Below, one piece after another: positions 58,989-64,000 of a DNA stretch of 64,000 nt. The stretch's first letter is position 1; each line of letters starts with the position of its first letter. This DNA comes from a virus, in the IMG/VR virus record IMGVR_UViG_3300033056_000001, positions 1 through 64,000 of that record. The stretch is one strand, 5' to 3'. A program made the position numbers and the translations under genes. The notes below the pieces were generated by a model, which was given only the letters and a program-made list of their open reading frames with translations, did no database searches and was not told the origin of the DNA.

Positions 58989-59686
58989 CAGCTTACCTCC
59001 TTGTTATCTGCACGTCTGTCTCGCCATATATCTACTGAATTTCTTTTAAACCCATAGGTATCGGTATCCCTTGACACTTGCTCTAAAGATCGTGGGTTTT
59101 CAAAGCACCAGTACACATACTCTTTGTACTCGGTCGGTGTCAGTCCGTTTAATTCAGCTAGGTAATTAACGGAATACTCAAATACCTCGATATCCAGGTC
59201 CGGCCTTTCTTTTATCCACTCAAAGGGATTCTTATTATTCTTTGCGCAATTTATTGTTCGACTAACGGGAAGTAGATTCTCCTTGATTGTTCCGCCATGT
59301 CCAGTAGATATTGCTACGAAATGATCTACACCTAGGTCTTCATCTATTGATTTAACCTCAGATATAGCACACTTAAAATTGAATTCCTTAACAAGGTTTA
59401 TATAATCGCGACTTTCCCACTCTTTCGGTAAAGCTCTCGCCATATCTTGGTAGGATTTACTTGGGTAAGGATTACCTTTCTTTTTGTTTCTTTGATAGTG
59501 ATTTTTAGCCCGTTGGTTTCTACATGACCTACAGATTGATGTTTTAATATTCTTACCTGGCGAATTACTAATTGTAAAATCTTCAACCTTTTTCACCAAA
59601 ATACATTGGCTACATTTTCTAGAAAGAACTTCCTCCCCGTCGATAATAGAAAGGAAGTCAATGATTTTTCTAGGCATTCGCATCAC
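58988..59686 (-). CDS. HNH homing endonuclease (paralog of 51948..52724)
   Basis: VDHFVAISTGHGGTIKENLLPVSRTINCAKNNKN and C-terminus YLAELNGLTPTEYKEYVYWCFEN (compare YLAEVNKMTVDDYKKYYDGCFEN). AT-rich. Confidence 0.8.
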   Translation of the reverse strand: MMRMPRKIIDFLSIIDGEEVLSRKCSQCILVKKVEDFTISNSPGKNIKTSICRSCRNQRAKNHYQRNKKKGNPYPSKSYQDMARALPKEWESRDYINLVKEFNFKCAISEVKSIDEDLGVDHFVAISTGHGGTIKENLLPVSRTINCAKNNKNPFEWIKERPDLDIEVFEYSVNYLAELNGLTPTEYKEYVYWCFENPRSLEQVSRDTDTYGFKRNSVDIWRDRRADNKEVS

Positions 59687-60263
59687 TCACCTTCGCTAAA
59701 AACGCATCGTACTTCGCAATCTTACGTTCATACTTCGCTTTATCTTCCGGAAACACTTCGATAGCATCCGTCAACGCTAAACGGCTATCCAACGCGCGAT
59801 CCACCATTTCCGCCTTCTTCTTACGCGCTGCCTTCTTTTCCGCTGCCACTTTGTTCGATTGCTCACGGTAAGATAATTTACGTTCGTTATCCTTCGCCAT
59901 ATTAATCGCCCCTTTATCTTCGAATTGATAAATCGTAATATCCATAGCATCAAACTTACGCGCCTTCTTCGGCTTCGGTCCCATATTCGCTATAAAGTCG
60001 TCCGCCTGGGCCGCATCTGCTACTAGCGTCAAATCTTCGTCACAAGCGACTACCCATTCGTCCGTATGAATATTGATAACGTCGTAATAAACTTCGGTGA
60101 ATTTTTCGTTAGCGTAGCGCTCGACGTCTACGTGCTGACAGTCGACTTTGAAAAACCCTTCGTAGCCGTCCACTTCGACGATTTCACCAGGTAACGCTAC
60201 AAATTCGAAATTAATCTCCACTTCGTCGCGGTCAAACTCTTCGTTGCGTCCTTCGTTGTTCAT
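59670..60263 (-). CDS. Hypothetical protein (acidic N-terminal half, basic coiled-coil C-terminal half)
   Basis: 197 aa ORF. Confidence 0.5.
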   Translation of the reverse strand: MNNEGRNEEFDRDEVEINFEFVALPGEIVEVDGYEGFFKVDCQHVDVERYANEKFTEVYYDVINIHTDEWVVACDEDLTLVADAAQADDFIANMGPKPKKARKFDAMDITIYQFEDKGAINMAKDNERKLSYREQSNKVAAEKKAARKKKAEMVDRALDSRLALTDAIEVFPEDKAKYERKIAKYDAFLAKVSDANA

Positions 60264-60445
60264 TCGCCATCGCCTCCGTTATGTTTAAGTGATTTGCTCA
60301 ATTCACGCCAATACTCTACCGTTTCTTCTTTAAAGTCGAATTTGACGCCGTTATTAGCACGTGCCTCCCACCGTATTAAAAGATGAAATCCGTATAAAGG
60401 TATACACATCAACAAAACTATTAATTTTTTAATGCGGAGTTTCAT
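60260..60445 (-). CDS. Small membrane protein
   Basis: 61 aa. TM helix LIVLLMCIPLYGFHLLI. Confidence 0.45.
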   Translation of the reverse strand: MKLRIKKLIVLLMCIPLYGFHLLIRWEARANNGVKFDFKEETVEYWRELSKSLKHNGGDGE

Positions 60446-60463
60446 TCGTCATCGCCTCCGTTT

Positions 60464-60637
60464 TTATTTATCACCTACAACTAACCAACGAACTAACCAA
60501 TACGGCCATGTAAATACAACAATCGCTAGAAACGGTAAGAACATTAGCCAATAACCGCTATGATCGTCTTTACACGCCCAAACTACGAATGTGATGCCGA
60601 TAATTAAGTAAATCGCAATACTTATAACTACAATCAT
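60464..60637 (-). CDS. Small membrane protein (57 aa), not in ORF track
   Basis: MIVVISIAIYLIIGITFVVWACKDDHSGYWLMFLPFLAIVVFTWPYWLVRWLVVGDK. ATGA coupling to the upstream ORF. Confidence 0.35.
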   Translation of the reverse strand: MIVVISIAIYLIIGITFVVWACKDDHSGYWLMFLPFLAIVVFTWPYWLVRWLVVGDK

Positions 60638-60783
60638 TCGCTATCGACTCCTACAGCTAGCCCGAAAAAATAAGTCGACGCATATGTGAACATAAAGAGT
60701 ACGCCTTGCCACGTAGTTAGGTCAGTAAAGCCGAAAAACAAAGTAACAAATAATAGTGATATAAACATTAGTGTAGGTTTCAT
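60634..60783 (-). CDS. Small membrane protein (49 aa), not in ORF track
   Basis: MKPTLMFISLLFVTLFFGFTDLTTWQGVLFMFTYASTYFFGLAVGVDSE. ATGA overlaps at both ends. Confidence 0.35.
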   Translation of the reverse strand: MKPTLMFISLLFVTLFFGFTDLTTWQGVLFMFTYASTYFFGLAVGVDSE

Positions 60784-61067
60784 CCCACCGCCTCCTCGCC
60801 TGTAATAAATACTAAGACTTTCGCTGGGCCTTCAATTCTTTTAACCTCCCCGACAGAATCAGAAATAACGAGAGTGTGTCCTGCTGCCGTACAAATCTCG
60901 CTTACGGCTGATCTTAAAAGTAATTCCTTACGCAATTCATTCGTCGGGATATCCTGCAATTTACTGCCTTCCTCTTCTGTCACTTTTCCAATACCTTTGC
61001 AATAGAAGCAGTCTTTGTAAGGTCCGTATACTTCGTCTACGCAAACACATTCAGTTTTGTTACTCAT
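60780..61067 (-). CDS. Small cysteine-rich protein (DnaJ-type CxxCxGxG-like motif)
   Basis: 95 aa. CVCVDE...CFYCKGIGKV. Confidence 0.45.
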   Translation of the reverse strand: MSNKTECVCVDEVYGPYKDCFYCKGIGKVTEEEGSKLQDIPTNELRKELLLRSAVSEICTAAGHTLVISDSVGEVKRIEGPAKVLVFITGEEAVG

Positions 61068-61079
61068 TCCGCCGCCTCC

Positions 61080-61166
61080 TCAAACGTAATATTTTAATGC
61101 CAACGCAAAGGCCAGCACGTCTATCGTAAATACGAGAATCGTCGCAATCCACCAACGTCGGCTCAT
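61080..61166 (-). CDS. Small membrane peptide (28 aa), not in ORF track
   Basis: MSRRWWIATILVFTIDVLAFALALKYYV. ATGA overlap with the upstream gene. Confidence 0.3.
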   Translation of the reverse strand: MSRRWWIATILVFTIDVLAFALALKYYV

Positions 61167-61954
61167 TTACGCATCCCTCGTTTCGATGTGCCCGTATACT
61201 GAATTTCTAGCGCCATGTCCTTAATTCTGTCCGCCAGTCTAGCTTCGCCGAATACTAACGGAAGGTCCTTAATCGGAATATTACTCGTATAAATCGTGGG
61301 TAGCTGATTCGATACCCTTGCGTTAATTATCGAATGTAAATCTCCGCGGAATCCTTCCGTCACATTATCGCGAACACCAACGTCATCAAGTACGCAAAAC
61401 GGAACAACTTTCGCCTGTTCAATCGTCTTGTAATATCGTTGGGCTGCCGGCTCTGCTACCGAATCTGGCACGCGTGGCCGATTGAATTGGTTATAATCCG
61501 TTTGCAGTTGGTTGACATCGACGAATAGGACCGGTCGCTGCAGCATCTGCGTTTTATGCGTCAAGGATCCGATATAGTGCGTAATTAGATACGTATTAGC
61601 AAGCGCGCTAGCCGTCGTAGTTTTACCGGTTCCAGGTGACGCCGACCATAAATACAGCGATTTAATGCGCTCTCCTGACGGCTCAAACTGGCGTTTAAAG
61701 CTGTCTGCGTACGAGTCTAATACGTTAGCTAGGGTCGGTGTTTTATCGTCTATTTTGACGGTTAAATCGCGTGTAGGCATGTTCTTTACGGTGACTAGTC
61801 GATAGTCATTCGGAATGCTGGCCGCCGCAACTCTGCCGCCATTTCCCGAGGCCGCGTGCAGTGAGACGAACGCTTGGCATCGCGAGTTGCAGGACGCTTG
61901 GTTGCCTGCGTTTTTACATACGCCTGCTAGGACGCAATTACGTTCGTTAGTCAT
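61163..61954 (-). CDS. DnaC/DnaI-like AAA+ helicase loader
   Basis: Walker A SASPGTGKTTTA, Walker B FCVLDDVG. Cys-rich N-terminus (CVLAGVCKNAGNQASCNSRCQAF). Confidence 0.7.
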   Translation of the reverse strand: MTNERNCVLAGVCKNAGNQASCNSRCQAFVSLHAASGNGGRVAAASIPNDYRLVTVKNMPTRDLTVKIDDKTPTLANVLDSYADSFKRQFEPSGERIKSLYLWSASPGTGKTTTASALANTYLITHYIGSLTHKTQMLQRPVLFVDVNQLQTDYNQFNRPRVPDSVAEPAAQRYYKTIEQAKVVPFCVLDDVGVRDNVTEGFRGDLHSIINARVSNQLPTIYTSNIPIKDLPLVFGEARLADRIKDMALEIQYTGTSKRGMRK

Positions 61955-62309
61955 TCACATCACCTTTCCCAAACGCTTTTTTGATATCTTCCGAAAACTG
62001 ATCTCTTGTTAAGTTTTCAAAATAACTACTGACAATCTTCATTCTATCCTTCTCCGTAACTACCGGAATTTTATCGCAAAACGCTTTTCGCTTATCAGTT
62101 ACATTTCCAATAACTTTGTAATCCTCGCCACAGACCATCGAGTACTCACCATTCTCATCGATGATTTCAGCGTCAAAACCATCCAAGCTTCCTACAACGA
62201 CGTACTTATTGCCGATTTTGTGACTTGGTGCGTAGTGCGAGGGAATAATTTCGATAATATCAAACGGCTTTACATCATGATCCGTAAACAACTTCCGTTC
62301 TTCACTCAT
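61947..62309 (-). CDS. Hypothetical protein
   Basis: 120 aa ORF in the early operon. Confidence 0.5.
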   Translation of the reverse strand: MSEERKLFTDHDVKPFDIIEIIPSHYAPSHKIGNKYVVVGSLDGFDAEIIDENGEYSMVCGEDYKVIGNVTDKRKAFCDKIPVVTEKDRMKIVSSYFENLTRDQFSEDIKKAFGKGDVND

Positions 62310-62353
62310 TAAATCCGCTCCTTTTAACGTTTTATTGGTGTTCCCTTGTCTTA

Positions 62354-62656
62354 CTATTCGAAGGTTAATACGGCTTTAATTTCACGGCGAAATCCCTTTA
62401 TTTCCGCGAGCAATTCCGCAAAGGTTTCCGCTTGGCTGTCGCGTACCTGTTGTTCGAAAATAACCTGCAGCGCATCCTCAACGCGAGTACAATATTTATA
62501 ATCACGCCACACTTCGCGAACCTCGGCGGAAGCTCCTTCGGATTTACGTTTCTCCCAGTTCGGCGCCTTCGTTGGATCCGATAAGTGTTTACGTTGAATG
62601 ATTACGTTCATAGCATCACTCTTCAATCGGTAATTTTCGTTAACTTGGATATTCAT
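62354..62656 (-). CDS. Hypothetical protein
   Basis: 100 aa ORF in the early operon. Confidence 0.5.
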   Translation of the reverse strand: MNIQVNENYRLKSDAMNVIIQRKHLSDPTKAPNWEKRKSEGASAEVREVWRDYKYCTRVEDALQVIFEQQVRDSQAETFAELLAEIKGFRREIKAVLTFE

Positions 62657-62657
62657 A

Positions 62658-63062
62658 TTAAAACCACCCTTTCAACTCGTTAATATTTTCGGAAGATTCC
62701 GTCTTTTCTACTGGCGCCTCTTCCTCCGCAAACAACCTTTCCGCTTTCATCTGCAGCTGGACTTTCGGCAGTATCCTATCCGCCATGTAAGTCCGCATAA
62801 AATAGAAGTTCAGCGTCGGATACTTCGGCGTCGGCTTATAGTCGGCAAAGCAAGCGTCGATAAACGCCTTGACCGTCGCCTTATCCGTTTTCTTAATCAT
62901 GTCGCTAATCATTCCGCAGTCACGCTTGACGGCTCCTACGTAGTCTAGTCCGTAGAGTTCGCGATGGCGGTCGTATAAATAACTACGATAGGTCGTTACG
63001 TTCCAATCGGCAATATCTCGCGCTTGCCAGTCGTCGGCTTTCGGTAATTTAGGCTTCGGCAT
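62658..63062 (-). CDS. Hypothetical protein (possible replication organiser by position)
   Basis: 134 aa, upstream of the loader and helicase genes. No motif recognised. Confidence 0.45.
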   Translation of the reverse strand: MPKPKLPKADDWQARDIADWNVTTYRSYLYDRHRELYGLDYVGAVKRDCGMISDMIKKTDKATVKAFIDACFADYKPTPKYPTLNFYFMRTYMADRILPKVQLQMKAERLFAEEEAPVEKTESSENINELKGWF

Positions 63063-63282
63063 CTACGTCCCACCCTTCGATAATATCTTCGAGAGAATGA
63101 ATCGAATACTTATTAATGCGATATTCTAATTCGGATAGCAATTCAGCATATTTTTCGTTTTGTCTTTCAAGTTTCTGAATTTCTATCTGCGCTATCATGT
63201 GTAATTCGTGAAAACTTCCGCCTAATTTACTTTTCGCCGTTCTTGACGATCCTTTAAATAGTTCGCGTTGGAAGTTTGACAT
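63049..63282 (-). CDS. Hypothetical protein
   Basis: 77 aa ORF. Confidence 0.45.
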   Translation of the reverse strand: MSNFQRELFKGSSRTAKSKLGGSFHELHMIAQIEIQKLERQNEKYAELLSELEYRINKYSIHSLEDIIEGWDVDAEA

Positions 63283-63584
63283 TACTTCGACGCCTCCTCG
63301 GCTTTATATTTCGTAATCAATTCTTTACGCGATATTCCGAGTAACTTTAATGCGTGGGACAGTAGTGCATAATCTTCGAAGTCTTCTTGGCGGCAGTAGT
63401 CGCAACTAGTTTCTTGTTCCCAAGATGAACCTTCCGGAGTGTATCCGTCCTCCTCTTGGCGATATCCTTCAACTTCGGCGCAATCATCGCAACACCAGTG
63501 ACGTCCGCAATCACAACTTACATAATCACCACAATCCGGAAAAGTATGACCGCAGTTTTCACAAGCGTAAAAATCTACTCCCAT
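63282..63584 (-). CDS. Cysteine-rich (multi zinc-ribbon) protein
   Basis: 100 aa. CENCGH...CGDYVSCDCGRHWCCDDC...CDYC. Confidence 0.5.
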   Translation of the reverse strand: MGVDFYACENCGHTFPDCGDYVSCDCGRHWCCDDCAEVEGYRQEEDGYTPEGSSWEQETSCDYCRQEDFEDYALLSHALKLLGISRKELITKYKAEEASK

Positions 63585-63815
63585 TTATTCCGCCTCCTTA
63601 TCTAGAAACGATTTGATTTTACGTAATACCATTAACCTTCCGTGAGTGTCGCCATGTTCATCGCCCATACGGTATGCGTCATCAAAGTTACCGCCGCTCG
63701 CATCGCAAGGGTTAAAGTCATCTTCTAGCATTTCGTTAATTTCTTCTTGCTCCGCTTCATACGTAGGTAGTTCTGCCTCAATGTATTCTTTAATCATTTT
63801 TAATACTTCGCTCAT
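63585..63815 (-). CDS. Hypothetical acidic protein, first gene of the early operon in the window
   Basis: 76 aa. AAGGGAG RBS. Preceded by an AT-rich repeat-containing region. Confidence 0.5.
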   Translation of the reverse strand: MSEVLKMIKEYIEAELPTYEAEQEEINEMLEDDFNPCDASGGNFDDAYRMGDEHGDTHGRLMVLRKIKSFLDKEAE

Positions 63816-63937
63816 ATAATCGCTCCCTTTCGGTATCTTTTATATTTAATTACTTTGTCGACTATAAATATACTCAAGTAACTTGTTACGAAGAGTCGTA
63901 CGTTAGTACGAAAGCACTTATGTCGCTATCTCTTTTT

Positions 63938-63977
63938 ATTCTTTATAGAATCATTCTTTATATAATTATTCTTTATA
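63938..63977. repeat. Three direct ATTCTTTATA repeats with 15-bp periodicity
   Basis: Copies at 63938, 63953 and 63968, upstream of the early operon. The nearby palindrome AAGTAACTT occurs at about 63876 and again (AAGTAACTT) at about 63980. Confidence 0.6.
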
Positions 63978-64000
63978 CAAGTAACTTTTTTCCGTTAGCT

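Noticed and set aside
1-64000. CRISPR arrays, rRNA genes, IS/transposase genes, a full-length integrase with attP
   Set aside because: No regularly spaced repeats of 24 bp or longer, no rRNA-like sequence and no transposase motifs were seen. The only recombinase is the 180-aa minimal one.

Overview
The window is almost entirely one temperate-looking, Firmicute-type (Bacillus/Paenibacillus/Brevibacillus-like, about 45% GC by eye) myovirus genome, or plasmid-prophage. Nearly all genes are transcribed on the minus strand, right to left. The order is: early small genes and the replisome (DnaC-like loader, DnaB-like helicase, primase), then an AimR/AimP-like arbitrium peptide-signalling module facing two small plus-strand XRE regulators. 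Next come a phage sigma factor, an SSB-like protein, family-A DNA polymerase, nucleases, NrdH/NrdE/NrdF, PhoH, MazG-like NTPase, ThyX, dNMP kinase and an orphan C5 methyltransferase. These are followed by late regulators, TerS-like and TerL, portal, scaffold and capsid, and a PBSX-type contractile tail (sheath, tube, chaperone with -1 frameshift, tape measure, LysM, hub-lysin, baseplate). The block ends with two receptor-binding proteins and a lysis cassette (XhlA, amidase, holin). The left end carries plasmid-like functions: an FtsK/SpoIIIE-like ATPase, a replication-relaxation protein, an iteron-like array, and a ParM/ParR-type partition locus cut by the window edge. Plus-strand genes look like autonomous, lysogeny-type units. 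They are a low-GC O-antigen-ligase-like moron, a minimal tyrosine recombinase splitting terS from terL, an AbrB/MraZ-like gene and the HTH regulators. Five homing-endonuclease genes (4 HNH, 1 GIY-YIG) are interspersed. No tRNA, rRNA or CRISPR array was found. Hand-derived coordinates (small ORFs, terminators, repeats) may be off by 1-2 nt. All homology statements come from motif recognition and memory, not from searches.
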